Below the pieces are notes generated by a model that was not told the origin of the DNA, did not search any database, and saw only the letters and a program-made list of their open reading frames with translations. DNA of 63,344 nucleotides, filler included, from Squatina squatina (lineage: Eukaryota): the NCBI GenBank assembly GCA_031763465.1. It is 4 parts of 4 records of this genome, joined end to end, with 100 filler letters (N's around TTAATTAATTAA, not from the genome) between each part and the next. Parts side by side here need not be neighbours in the genome. Positions count along the whole stretch, not along the records: positions 35,892 to 48,818 come from JARFOE010000176.1; positions 48,919 to 63,344 come from JARFOE010000013.1; 2 more parts are not named here. One strand, written 5' to 3'. The position numbers were made by a program, and so were the translations under genes. Positions within the stretch are counted from its first letter, which is position 1. Each line of letters starts with the position of its first letter. Shown piece after piece: positions 40,250 through 53,550 of the stretch.

Positions 40250-40440
40250 TCAGTTATGTGGAGAGACTAGAGAAACTGTGATTGTTCTTAGAGCAGAAAA
40301 GGTTAAGGGGAGATTTGATAGAGGTGTTTAAAATTATGAGGGGCTTTAATAATGAGAAACTGTTTCCACTGGCAGAAGGGTCAGTAACCAGAGGACACAA
40401 ATTTAAGACAATTGGTAAAATAACCAGAGGGGAGGTGTCG
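40250..40440 (+). mobile_element. CR1 LINE fragment
   Basis: LEQKRLRGDLIEVFKIMRGF...LFPLAEGSVTRGHKFK. Confidence 0.88.
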
Positions 40441-43400
40441 NNNNNNNNNNNNNNNNNNNNNNNNNNNNNNNNNNNNNNNNNNNNNNNNNNNNNNNNNNNN
40501 NNNNNNNNNNNNNNNNNNNNNNNNNNNNNNNNNNNNNNNNAGACTAAGTATGGAACTAACAAAAGTGTGGTAAGAGATTCCCTGGTAGTAGTGGGGTAGT
40601 GAGCTAATGAGAGAGGCAGGTAATGTGGTGGTGCAGGTAAGCGGTCTTAGTAATGCATAGGATATGGGGTTGGGATTCAGTGATGCACCAAGGTCTTGCA
40701 CTGTTGGGTTTAGCTCAAATGACCAACCAAGGAGGATGAAGTAGTTTGGGGCAAGAGCATGGAGTTGGAGTTTTTGATGGTCAGAACCTAGCTAGATAAT
40801 GGGAGGGGCTTCATCCTTCTGGCATATATTTAACACTGTTTCAAAAAATATTTGATTCTTCCTTTTTCTTATGGAGTGGTACGGTTCCAAATATTCCAGC
40901 CCAGATCAGCTAACCCAGTTCTCTCTCCAGCTTATCCCTTCCTAACTGTTTTAATTTGACTTATTTCTTTCGCCGCCCTCTATTGTGACCCCCCTTCTCT
41001 CTATTTTGTCTCTTCATTTTACCTCTATTTTTTCTTTCTCAGAGTGGATTTCTCAACCCCTGAAAGTGAAAGTGCAAGCAGTTCAACAACGGAATGCTAA
41101 AGAGACCTAACCACAAAATGGTCATTTGAAAATCTAGTTCAAAATATCTGCCCCCAAGCTACTTCCAAGCATCAAAGGATGACTAAAAGACACTAGGCAC
41201 CAGCACAGGCATGATGGGCCGAATGGTTTCCTTCTGTGCTGTATGATTCTATGAGGTTCCCCACCCCCAGCATGTACTCTAAAAATTACCCCCTTGATGT
41301 TTTGACAGTACTCCAAAAGGCACAAGGCACTAATTACTGCAAATTAGAGCAACACATAACTATAGAGCAACACTGCCGCAATTGACTACAAATTTAACGT
41401 CAAAGATTTAAGTGCATCATTGGAGACTTCTGACCCCAACAGACTCAGCAACGGTTTCACACTTGAACATGGTGGCAATAATTCCAGCCCAATGAGGCAA
41501 AAAACATGTTGAAAACCCATATATTTCAAAGAAGATTGTGAATATTTACCCATGTGGCAAATGGGCAATTTGTGACACTGAACAGAGGCCACAGCGCATC
41601 TAGTCGTGTAACATACTTCCGTATATGTAGTGGTTTGTCTGTATACAAGTGCCATGACTATTCAGCTGTTGCTGTGGAGGGCTCCAATCTCTCCCTCTCT
41701 CTCTCTTTCACTTGCTGTTTTCCCTGAAATTCCTCATATACATCACCCTTCTTTTAAGCGTGTGTTCATCGTGTTATTGCCATTATCACACAGTCCCAGA
41801 ATTCAACACCATCAGCATAAATACTTGCTATAAACTTCTCCGTGACTTTGGAGTCCGAAAAGACACACACAGGAGAGAAGGAGAGGTCATAACAGTTTAC
41901 AATCTCATCATAAGACAAACAGAAAGGCCCCAGTTCTTGACAAAGACCCTAATTCCTTTTCTGTGAGGATACGCTGGTAGCATTTTTTTAAATAGAAAGC
42001 AGTGAAATCAGAGACAAATCAGCTTCTTATTCTGATGTGCTGTTGACAAGGTAGGATCCCTACACAGGTTAAAAAAAAAAGTAGATTTATTAAGCTGTGC
42101 AAAATAAAAATGATCCTAATTCTTATCCTAACTGAGACCTTCTAAGTAGGTGAGGATAGTTGCCCTGGATTTGAAATATATCAGCTGAGTCAAGTTTTAT
42201 AGTTTCTAGATCCACTACCAGCACTGGATAGCTGCAATTGTACACGAGTGTGAGGTAATATGATGACAGGAGTTTAACACTTCCCCGACTGGCTGAGCTG
42301 GCTCCCCTACTCAGTGAGTTGCAACTCATTGGAGGCCCACAATTCACTTTTTTCAAGTTCATAAAAAAAAAAAAATTCCTCTCACTTTATTTTTTCACTT
42401 GTTCCTTATTTTAGGTCACTCTACTCCATTTCTTCACCAATATCCAGGAAGGTAACCTGCCCTTGAACCTTTGCCAACGTTGACCTTGAACAGGGAAGCA
42501 AACAATGCCCAGGATGGCTTGACACCAATTTTACCTTCCATCCTGCGGCTAACCCCTTGGCCTCTACCCATGCTACCACCCCTAACTGGATGAAGAAAAT
42601 CAGGAACTGTGTGTGTGGCAAATTGTGGGTGTATCTGCATACTTATGCTGTATGGGATAGNNNNNNNNNNNNNNNNNNNNNNNNNNNNNNNNNNNNNNNN
42701 NNNNNNNNNNNNNNNNNNNNNNNNNNNNNNNNNNNNNNNNNNNNNNNNNNNNNNNNNNNNTATTAAAGAAGGTGGCCTCTGCAGACTACATTTAGTAACA
42801 GTCAAAAAAATCAAATCTAGCAAAGAATCCCTTGTGTTTTATGGAAATAGGACAGTGAGGTGACAGCTGCATCATTATGTTCCAAGAAGACTCTCACATC
42901 AACCCTTCACACTAACCAACAAAATAGGGATCTGGGCAACAGTGCGAAAATCAGTATTTCTAAATGATTGGAGAAAAGAAATGTTAAGAAATAAAAACTT
43001 CTAAAAACCATCAGCACAGGTTTTGAAGAGTGTGTTCCACCATCAAAAAAATATTTAGCATTATGTCTCATCCTTGGGATCCTTTGTCTCACTGTAAGGA
43101 CTCCTTTAAAATGAGAGGTTCACCATCATGATAAAAGTGACTCCACATCAGGATCCTTCTTAAATAGATTCTTTATTTGATTTGAAAACTAAAATGTACT
43201 ATGTTAAAGTGCATAACTGGTATTTTTAAGCATTTTTTTTGCTGGCTTTCAGAAGACGTCGATATTTCATTGCTTTCCAACATTAGCTCGCAATTATAGT
43301 ACACACTCAGCAAATATGTTAGAGTTTAGCACAAATGACACTGACACATGTGTAACAAAGATTATGATCCAGAGGAAAAAGTAAATTATTGAACAATTTT

Positions 43401-46400
43401 CTTCATCTTAGGAAAAGTCTCTATTATCTTCCCCTTACTAGGGATGGGAAGGCTGTTTGAGACCTGCCATGTCAGATGAGACACCTAATGCATGTACATA
43501 TGACCATGTTAGTCATTTGGCCATACAAATTGGTATCTTTCCTGATCATGGAACATAGGAACAGGAGTAGGCCATTCAGCCCCTCGAACCTGTTCTGCCA
43601 TTCAATCAGATCATGGCTGATCTGTACCTCAATTCCATTTACCCGCCTTTGCTTCATATCTCTTGATACCTTTAATAGGAACATTGGATATCTATCCCTG
43701 CACTCTCAACAATTTGAAAAAGCTGATCATTGATAACTACTGAAACTTCAAACTGCTGACGGCTCCAGGGTCAGCCTCCAGAACCAGAAGGACTGCCAGG
43801 CAGGTGGTGCCCAAGCTGACTGACAAACTCCACAGCTACCAGAGAGACGGAAGGCTGTTCCAAGTACAGTGTAGTGTAATTGGGACTGGCTGCACATTAT
43901 GCAGAGAGAGAAATAGCAAATGTCATTGTTCTGCTGGACTCATGGCATGGTGTTGTGAAATTGGAATAAGGAGACAAATGAGTCAAAGGAGAAGTGTATG
44001 CAAAACAGGCTGCGGACGAAGTAGTATGATAACCTCAAATTCCATAAACATTTTTTAAATCAAAATGAGCACAGCGTACATATTAATTGAAAATAACATT
44101 CTCAAAGCAGGGCACACACATTCAGAAACAGTACACATTCATATTCAGCCTCAAACAAAGTACAACCACACTCAGGTAAGACGTTACCAAGCACTTGTAC
44201 TCAAAATAGTAGCACACNNNNNNNNNNNNNNNNNNNNNNNNNNNNNNNNNNNNNNNNNNNNNNNNNNNNNNNNNNNNNNNNNNNNNNNNNNNNNNNNNNN
44301 NNNNNNNNNNNNNNNNNNNNNNNNNNNNNNNNNNNNNNNNNNNNNNNNNNNNNNNNNNNNNNNNNNNNNNNNNNNNNNNNNNNNNNNNNNNNNNNNNNNN
44401 NNNNNNNNNNNNNNNNNNNNNNNNNNNNNNNNNNNNNNNNNNNNNNNNNNNNNNNNNNNNNNNNNNNNNNNNNNNNNNNNNNNNNNNNNNNNNNNNNNNN
44501 NNNNNNNNNNNNNNNNNNNNNNNNNNNNNNNNNNNNNNNNNNNNNNNNNNNNNNNNNNNNNNNNNNNNNNNNNNNNNNNNNNNNNNNNNNNNNNNNNNNN
44601 NNNNNNNNNNNNNNNNNNNNNNNNNNNNNNNNNNNNNNNNNNNNNNNNNNNNNNNNNNNNNNNNNNNNNNNNNNNNNNNNNNNNNNNNNNNNNNNNNNNN
44701 NNNNNNNNNNNNNNNNNNNNNNNNNNNNCTGCAAATCTTTCCTAAGCAATGGCTCCTGTGAAAAGACTGCAAAACATAATTTGCATTCAACATTTGTATT
44801 TTTGGTTGCAACAGTTGAATATGGAAATTAAATCCAGGGTAAATAATGCACTTAAGAGGAATGGAGTGTATTAATTAATCCTGGCATCACTGACGGCTGT
44901 TTGGTGACAGCATTGCTGGATTCAAATGAGACTTAACCTTGGGTGAGACCAGTTAGCTAGCCTTTCTTCTCTCGTCTTCTCAAATCTAAAAATTGTTAAG
45001 TGATCTTTGTAGCTCAGCTTTCCTCACAGATTAATGTAAGAATGGCCTAATGCTTGCAAACGTGACTGCCTGTGACAGGCGTACAAACTCCTCAAAAGGA
45101 GGAATTTCCCAGATAAACACCCCTCCCCCATCCTAAAAAATCTGCTTGCTAAGACCTCCTTTAGAAGAAGCTAACCACTTAATCCTCAAAAGCTTGATTG
45201 CTGCAAAAAAAACGAAAAAAAGTTCCTTTTAGCGAGACAGCAGGTACGAGGCAGAAACGAGAGGGGATCGAGTCTTGGAGGCTGTTTTGATATTGAACCC
45301 TACAGGTGGTCGTCTTCCTACTCTGGCATGAGCCAGTAGGGTTGTTCTTTAGGCTTCTCTAGAGAACATTTAACGCTTTCTAGGGTTAGTTTAAATGAGG
45401 AGAGAAGTTTGGGGAATAAGAGCTTGAAATGCATAATTTAGAAGTTTAAACCAATGTCTCTTTGTCTCCCCCATCTCCTTTATCCCCCTCCCCTCAGTTC
45501 CTCTAACACTTCTTCCCCTGCTCCTTCCCAGTGCTGGGAAGACTTTGCTTTGGTGTTAAAGAGAGATTAACTGTATCGCTTTTGAGAATTAAGCTTCCTT
45601 TACCCAAACGCCTTTGAGCAAAGTGCTTCTGACTATCCATAAATATAACAGCAGAAATATTCCGAACATTTAAAAGATTTACACAGTTCAAACTTTTTAA
45701 NNNNNNNNNNNNNNNNNNNNNNNNNNNNNNNNNNNNNNNNNNNNNNNNNNNNNNNNNNNNNNNNNNNNNNNNNNNNNNNNNNNNNNNNNNNNNNNNNNNN
45801 TACCACAGTCTGATCGACTACACTCGTCATGCACGTTCAAAGCACTGCGCAAGCAGAAAATGAGAAGATGACAGGTTCTGATGGGTGAGCTCTGATGGCT
45901 CCGGGCGCACGTGTAATATTGCGCTGTTTGCGCACAGATGATCATTTACAGGCTCAGCAGTCCACCACTGCAGATTCCTAAAGGATGCCTGATTCTCATC
46001 CACCGGCAGTCATTCCATGTTTTAGAAACTAGCACTAACTTAGCCCAGCATTGTTAAACTTACTTAGACTGCTCTAATCTGCTTTTATTGAACTGGTCCC
46101 TGGATTCAAACTTTTTCCGATAAATCCGGATTTCCAAATCTCCATGGATTTCGAGTGTTTGTTTATCAAAGTATCCTTTAGAAAAAGGGCTTACTCTTTA
46201 AGATGAAAAAATGTGGGAAGCTAATGCAGAGACTTTCATGTCTATAGCACACTCGCTGTCCCTAAGCTCTGTTTGCTGGAGCAGCTGGGACGGCCTCTGT
46301 TGCCTCAGAGGGATTATCAGCCCCTCAGCCCGTAGCACTCTGCATACAATGGGAAATATGACAGCTCACTTAATCGCTTGACTCCCTAATCCGCACAGAT

Positions 46401-48621
46401 TTCTTGGGATTTATCATTTTATCACGGCTAAGTAAATACCTTTCCTTATGCTTTGTATTGTGAGTGGATAGTTAGTAAAGCATCCTTTCGTAATGCTGCT
46501 CTCCGCTCTCTCNNNNNNNNNNNNNNNNNNNNNNNNNNNNNNNNNNNNNNNNNNNNNNNNNNNNNNNNNNNNNCGGACAGCGTCGCCAGCAGATAGGAGA
46601 ATGCATAACTTGTAACACAAGTCTTGAATGACTCCATAATTAGTGAGAGCAAAACTCAAGTAGACTTAACTACATCATTTGAGTTTTGGGGGAAGTATTA
46701 GGACTGAGATGATTATGATTAAAAAAGAATATGTCTTGAGTGGAAAACCCAGTTCAACATTATAATTCAGCAGACCTATTTTAACTAAAATGATGAGCAT
46801 CACTCCAGATGGGCCCTTGAATATATTTTCACATCGATAATCAATCGCACTTATGTTTTTGTTTAGAATATACACATACTTAATCTTCATAGGAGAGAAA
46901 CAGCTGTTCATGCAGGTACAGTGTGTTAAATGGGAGTTAAACAGTTCGCATAATTTTAAAATACAATCGAGAATACACAACCTAGCTCCCCATGCTGTCC
47001 TGAAGCTTGGGTGCATTCACGAACAGTGCATGTATTCAACATCAGTAGGAAGTGATTTGGGCTTCGCGTGGTTACTAAATGCGAGAATAATTTGCTTCTG
47101 AAGGCCTGCACCTACTCCGAAGTGAAGTGGACTGAGATTCACTCACTAGAGTTGCTGTGCGAATACATCCTAAAATAGCGTGGCCGATCTAAAAGCACCT
47201 GTAACAATGCTGCTAAATCAGCTTAAAAGAAGCTAAGCTGGTATAAGTAGTGCACTGTGGACCAATCCCGCTATTTTCTGGGACTGCACAGTAAGCGTAA
47301 GCCCCAATTCACTGGTCACATCTGTAGCTCATAAATGGCATGAGGTCATTAGCAGGCATGGGAGACCATCGCTGTGGAGGTCAGTAAGGGATGATGTCAC
47401 TAGAAAAGATATCAAGAAGGTGCCAGATTTAAAGAGAAGTGCCAAGGTGAGAAATGAGAATAAGTGTGAATAAATTTGTCATTTTTGGAAGCAGCCATAT
47501 ATATGCAAGAATGCACTGATTGCAAGCGGCTATCAGATGAGTTTGCTTGCGTATTTTAGTATGCTTGATCTGAATTGATTAGCAACCTGCTGCAAATGCG
47601 ACACAAAGGGAAATAATGAACATGCAAAGTAGGATAAAAAGAGAACCTAGAATGATGCAACTAAGAAAGACTAAAAAGTGAATATAATTATTCACACACA
47701 CTTGGCTGACAAATACAGTGCGCTGTCAGTTCTCAAATACAATATAGGCAAGGTACTGCACATTGAAGTAAACTGTGCTTAAGGCATAAAACTGCCTATG
47801 ATACATAAGCCTTAACTTAATGGTCCTAGCAAAATCAGACCCGGAGCCAACTTAATTGTGGGCAAGCTCAAACTGTGAGAACAGAGGGCTGACCTCTATC
47901 CATTTTACAAGGCTGGCCCCTCCTACTAATATTAAGAGACTCTCTAACATGTGCAACTAATACAGGGAAGCATGTAATTGTCTGGGGAGAGGGAGGGAAT
48001 GCAGTGAGTCAGCAACTTTTAAAAGGGAGGAGATCTTTTGACGTAGGCAAAGTTTCCACTGTTTTGTAATAAGCAGCAAGTGCTTTGTGACAAAAAAATA
48101 GAGAAGTGTAAAGTGCCAAATAATGTCTGGAAGCAGATTTTAATGACTTTGAAAAAGAAACGCGTAATGGCCCGGATTTTGCTGTCAGTGGCAAAGGAAC
48201 GCTGATCGCTGTTCACCTTGCTGACAACTGCCCACAGAGTTCTTGTGGGCTTCTTAGCATAGATTTCCCCCACAGCACCCTGTACAGGGGATCTGAGCAG
48301 GACAAGCACCAGCAAGGCTCTTCTACCAATCAGATTGAAGAATCCTTACTGAGACACGTAGAGTCCAAACTTGGAAGAATAAAGCATACAAGTATAAATT
48401 ATTTGATGAATGTGCTGAAGTTGCAGTCAGTTTCAAAGGAAACTGCCATTATTACCCACTGCAAATTCAAGCCCATAGAGTTGCATAGCAACAGGCCATT
48501 TTGGCTACGCATTTATGCTCCACATGAGCATCCTCCCTCCCTGCTTCATCTAACCCTAATTAGCATATCCTTCTGTTCCTTTCTCCCTCATGTGCTTATC
48601 CAGCTTCCCCTTAAATCTCTC

Positions 48622-48818
48622 TCTCTCTTAGGCAGTCCCTTGGGTGTGAGGATGACTTGCTTCCACTGCGGGGTTGTGGGTTCTGAGGTGGCTGAAAAGT
48701 CCGATGTGGGATCCGCAAACACGGCCGCAGGTGGACAGGTGGTGCTTGAATGAGGCGAGTGGCTGGGATGCTCGTGTTGTTGTGCGCTCCTTCCGCTGCC
48801 AATGCTTGGTCTCCACGT
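48622..48818 (-). mobile_element. RTE LINE 3' end with C-terminal C2H2-like finger
   Basis: CGRVCGSHIGLFSHLRTH followed by a (GA)n tail; a related 3' end is at 62370-62442. Confidence 0.75.
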
Positions 48819-48862
48819 NNNNNNNNNNNNNNNNNNNNNNNNNNNNNNNNNNNNNNNNNNNN

Positions 48863-48874
48863 TTAATTAATTAA
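48863..48874. other. Artificial scaffold spacer TTAATTAATTAA
   Basis: Identical 12-mer inside an N block. Confidence 0.95.
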
Positions 48875-49015
48875 NNNNNNNNNNNNNNNNNNNNNNNNNN
48901 NNNNNNNNNNNNNNNNNNTTCCCCTGCATTATTTGTATTTAGTACTAAAAGTAATGATATAGATTGAAATCATTAAGTGCAAAAGTTCTCTACTAGCGGA
49001 ATACTGATGATATTA

Positions 49016-49276
<261 letters not shown>

Positions 49277-49377
49277 TCAGTAAATCAGTAATGGAAAGAT
49301 CCAGTCCTTACAAATCACTTGGTATCACTCTTCAATTGATTATGGTGCCTATTTGTTTGTAATGAATATAAATATTC

Positions 49378-49665
49378 AGAAGAAAGACTTGCGTTTATAT
49401 AGCGCCTTTCATGACCTCTGGGCGTTCCAAATTGCTATACAACCAATAAAGTACTTTTGACGTGTACTCACTGTTGTTAGGTAGGAAATGCAGCAGGACT
49501 GCTTGAACAGAAAGGAAGCTGGTGGAAGTGTCCTGGGACCGCTCAAGCAGAAGATTGAGGCAGAGCAAGGTCCCTATCAGCAATGAGATAATGACCAGAT
49601 AATCTGCTTCAGTGATGTTGGTTTAGGGATAAATATTGGCTAGGACACCGGGAGAACTCTCCTGC
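49378..49665 (-). mobile_element. tRNA-derived Deu-domain SINE (SacSINE1-like)
   Basis: agaaagacttgcgtttatatagcgcc tail and gataaatattggctaggacaccgggagaactc core. Other copies at about 20785-21150, 25390-25490, 36845-36905 and 62281-62368. Confidence 0.75.
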
Positions 49666-50627
49666 AAATTCTGTGCAAGTAGCTAATGCCAAGACACCAT
49701 TCTGACCCAAAATGACCCTATGAAGCAGCTACAAATGTTATGGGTTATTTAATATAAACCACACTTTCTATAAAACATTTTTTACTCAATACAAGTTTGT
49801 GTTTTACACATTGTTCTCTTGTTGGAAAAGATCTCCTCCCAATACTGTTCGGATTTCGCTGGAAATAGCGAACATAGGAAACCTTCCCTGTTAGATTCCA
49901 TTAACACAATGTAAGCCCTTTGAATTTAGATTCATTGTAAAACATGAGCCTGCAATCTTGGTCTGTTCGCTGTGTGTGGCATTTCTTTATGAATAACAAA
50001 CAGTCACTCTGGGAATCTTTACTTTAACATAATAAGAAAGAATGATGTGAAAAGTAAACCAAATCTTTTCAGTCACCCACAGTTCTGTGGGAACATCTAA
50101 CAAGGAGCCCAGGGGTTTGCAAATCCTTTGCATACGCAGAAAGAGAGAAAGAGAGCATGAATGTGTTTGAAGAGGCAAGCAATTACAGGCCGGCATGCCA
50201 GCTTTCCTCCCAGCGGTGTGGGTGCTGATTCCTTTTCATGTTGAGGGGATGTAAGGGCAACATTCCAACACTTACCTATAGGGCTGTACCTGTCATTGAA
50301 ATTTCAGATGAAGTGTGCTTTTTCTCCCGACTTGTGTGAGTGTGTGTATATTTTTCTGTTCTCTGTAAATGGACTAAAACATCTGAGAGATGGGCTGAGT
50401 GCAACTAATCTGCTTGGCATTGGGACAAAAATGCAGGATCAGGCAAAAAGAAGCTGCTGNNNNNNNNNNNNNNNNNNNNNNNNNNNNNNNNNNNNNNNNN
50501 NNNNNNNNNNNNNNNNNNNNNNNNNNNNNNNNNNNNNNNNNNNNNNNNNNNNNNNNNNNTGCAACTTAACGGACAAACATAACAACTTATTGCTAAGTGT
50601 TTGATGAGTGTTGACAAAGCCAAGGAA

Positions 50628-50890
50628 AAAGACAACTTGCATTTACATCACACTCTTTCACTTACCCAGGATATCCCAGAACATTTCACAGGCAATGAAT
50701 TACTTTTGAAATGTAATCACTGTTATGTAGGCAAACGTGGCAACTAATTTGCAGACAGCAAGGTCCCACAAACACCAACTGAGATGGATAACCAATTAAT
50801 CTGTCTTTAGTAGCATTGGGTGAGAGAAGAATGCTGGCCCGGACCTTGGAAAACACTTTGAACCGTGCCCTGAGATCCATCTGCATAGGC
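50628..50890 (-). mobile_element. Deu-domain SINE fragment
   Basis: acaacttgcatttac...caatgaattacttttgaaatgt...aatttgcagacagcaaggtcccacaaac. Confidence 0.7.
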
Positions 50891-51436
50891 AGACAGTCCA
50901 AACTAATCGCAAATGCAATTTATTCATTTTTTTTCCCAGGCTACTCAAACCTTTTGCAGGCTTTTATTTGTGACTGTAGGTCCGTTTACACTGAGAAGAG
51001 TCTACCAGCATGAAAGCTCCATTAACACTCGACAGAAAATGCTTCCTTGTATAAACGTCTTTTGAATTGCTAATACTGGTATGAACACATATAGGAAGTA
51101 TGTTTGCTTGGAGCAGTCAGAAGGTGGCTTTGAGGCATTGCAAAGAATTCCTTGCAATAAGACTGTTTTGCCTGTGCCACAAATCCAAACTTTCAATACA
51201 ATGGCTCAGAATGGTGCACCTTTACCCCCTGCAATGATCCCTAACATGGTTGCTGATGATTGTACATGTACAGGATGATCCCAGAACAGAACACTTCAAC
51301 AATTCAATGTATCTAAGTTGAGGTGAAGAGCACAAANNNNNNNNNNNNNNNNNNNNNNNNNNNNNNNNNNNNNNNNNNNNNNNNNNNNNNNNNNNNNNNN
51401 NNNNNNNNNNNNNNNNNNNNNNNNNNNNNNNNNNNN

Positions 51437-51745
51437 ATCCTGGATTGTGCTGAATTTGCTGATGTCAGTCAAGGAGCCAGTTGGAATTCTAGTGTTAGCC
51501 CCAGTGCCTCTACTTTAAGGAACATAAATCAGCTACGGTTCCTGCTTCTGATCACTTTCTAATGCTCCCCAGTGGAACTGCACGTGTAGATATTGGGTGA
51601 AGACAGGATCACATTTAGCTGTGGTGCTTCCCGCAGTCAAATAGCCTGGAAATATAATTGCAAAAACTCACATATTAATATCAGTGGGCACCTGGCACCC
51701 GTAGATGCTTGTCTCCAGGCGAGGAAGAGGGGAGAAAATTGGCAA
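51437..51745 (+). mobile_element. Second SINE-like family (unnamed)
   Basis: Shared core ggttcctgcttctgatc...ggtgaagacaggatc...gctgtg and purine-rich tail, also at 543-760(-), 9910-10160(+), 18840-18950(-), 35893-36125(+) and 60410-60645(+). Confidence 0.6.
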
Positions 51746-51770
51746 AGAAATAAAAGTAAAACTTCCTTAC

Positions 51771-51942
51771 CAAGCTCCACATCCTGGTCATCTGTAATAA
51801 TAAGAATAATGTTGGGTCTGATGTTTCTCCGGTCTCGCTGCACACGTCCTTTAAACCGCTGTGGTTTTAAGCTTGAGCCGAGGACTCCTATCAATTCAGC
51901 ATTCAGCACGACCAAAAGCAGAATAAGTGGTGAGAGTCTCAT
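51771..51942 (-). CDS. SULF1: Extracellular heparan sulfate 6-O-endosulfatase, first coding exon (172 coding bp; exon probably starts at 52014)
   Basis: [57 protein letters not shown] plus G/GTAAGG donor. The 57-aa length and VLNAELIG signal favour SULF1 over SULF2. ttacAG acceptor at 52015. Confidence 0.85.
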
Positions 51943-52807
51943 TATGTCAGCTTGTTTGAGACCACAATAAGGAAACAAGCTTTTCTTTGGTTTCACCGTC
52001 TCTTACCAAGTGATCTGTAATTAAAGTGGGACTAATTAGAAGAGTAAGCTTGAATAAAATGAAACTTATGAATGACATGAAGAGGTTAATAGCATCTTAA
52101 AATGAAGACATTTTCTGGAGTTTCAAGCTTTTTTAACCACAAAAAGAGTTGTCCTTCAAAGTGAACATTTTATTAAAGAATAGCTGTGATGTGAGATGCT
52201 GTATAAAAAAAAAACACCACAATAAACAAGAAACAGCAATATCTATTACAGAAAATCTTTGTCAGGCTACAGTGACACTGAAACATAGCAACGACCAGTA
52301 TAGAGCTACACCAGAGATTTCAGCTTCTCCTAAGACCAAGATGAAGCCATGAAATAGGTTACATATGTTTTAGATGAATTAACTAAAAATATTCACAATG
52401 ATTCACTGAACAATTCTCTTTTTTTATCCAAACGCCTCAATAAGTATCACTTTTATGAACCTATAGCTATAGCTATGATCTTACAATTAAATACTTAATA
52501 AGCGGTGGTAACTGGAATTTTCAGGTTTTTGATATTCAGCGTCAGAACACCGGCTTTGCACCTGCACACCATCAGTCCTTTCAGTGGAGCACAAATAACT
52601 TGTTTCATGGCTCGAGTCCAATCACGCAGTGGTGAACATTCTGAAACTACCTTTCCCACAAGAAACACATCGAGTGACAGTGATCGCCTTTCTCCACATT
52701 AGTGAAACTTCCAACTGTACATCACCCAGCAACGATCCAGTCAATATGAACTCATAATGCAATGAACTTTTGCTGAGCTCCTGTCATCTTATGGTGATGT
52801 GCAGACT

Positions 52808-52830
52808 ACACACATATATGCACACTCGCA

Positions 52831-52863
<33 letters not shown>

Positions 52864-52876
52864 CATACACACACAT
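52808..52876. repeat. (TA)n/(CA)n microsatellite
   Basis: Directly visible. Confidence 0.9.
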
Positions 52877-53334
52877 GCAATAATCAGAGCTCCCTCAGCT
52901 CCTACCATTCAAAGAGCCTTCATTCCATGAGTCCTAATATGTGCAGGAGGGGGAAGGCGGCTAATTTAGCCACAATCCTTCCAAATCCATCTGCTACAGA
53001 ATTGATTGATAGGGCCAAAGACCAAAGGTAACTTAGTCCACTTTGACATTTCCTGCATTCAGCTGTCACACTGGCAGTTTTACACATTTAAGAATTCATT
53101 TGGATTGAAAACTGAATGCGTGTATAGTTCAAAGTGATTAGTGACTTACCAAAAGACGATTTAACAAAGACATTGAAGGCAAGTAGGCACATTTATACCA
53201 CTTCTGTTCAAAGGGCAGAAGTCCATTATAATTTATAATTTAACATTTGTAAGCGCTGTTGTTTGTTGCAATGTTTTCATTGTTTCTGCTGTTGACACAG
53301 AGTGATTATAGTAATTGGGTATAATCTGCCTAAT

Positions 53335-53550
53335 CCGCTCTATTCTCTCCCCAAACAGCGGCAGCAATAGAAACACTGCCACAGGAAAATCAATGTCGAA
53401 AGACTCAAAGATCCTGCGAAGAAAGCCCAACTCAGCCAACGCCTCACGACAAACCTGACAATGCTCAATGAATTGGAGCCGCAGAGTGCCCACAGTTTGT
53501 GGTCTGCCCTTAAGTCTACCATAATCAGTGCCTGTGAAGAGACTCTTGGG
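53335..53550 (+). mobile_element. RTE LINE internal fragment
   Basis: RKINVERLKDP...WSALKSTIISACEETLG, typical of the region between the endonuclease and RT. Confidence 0.65.

Noticed and set aside
44065-44811. Long ORFs of about 180-230 aa
   Set aside because: Almost entirely X from a 500-N gap; the same applies to most X-containing ORFs in the track.
22748-48874. Repeated TTAATTAATTAA palindromes as a biological motif or repeat array
   Set aside because: Always centred in N blocks; these are artificial concatenation spacers, so adjacency across them is meaningless.
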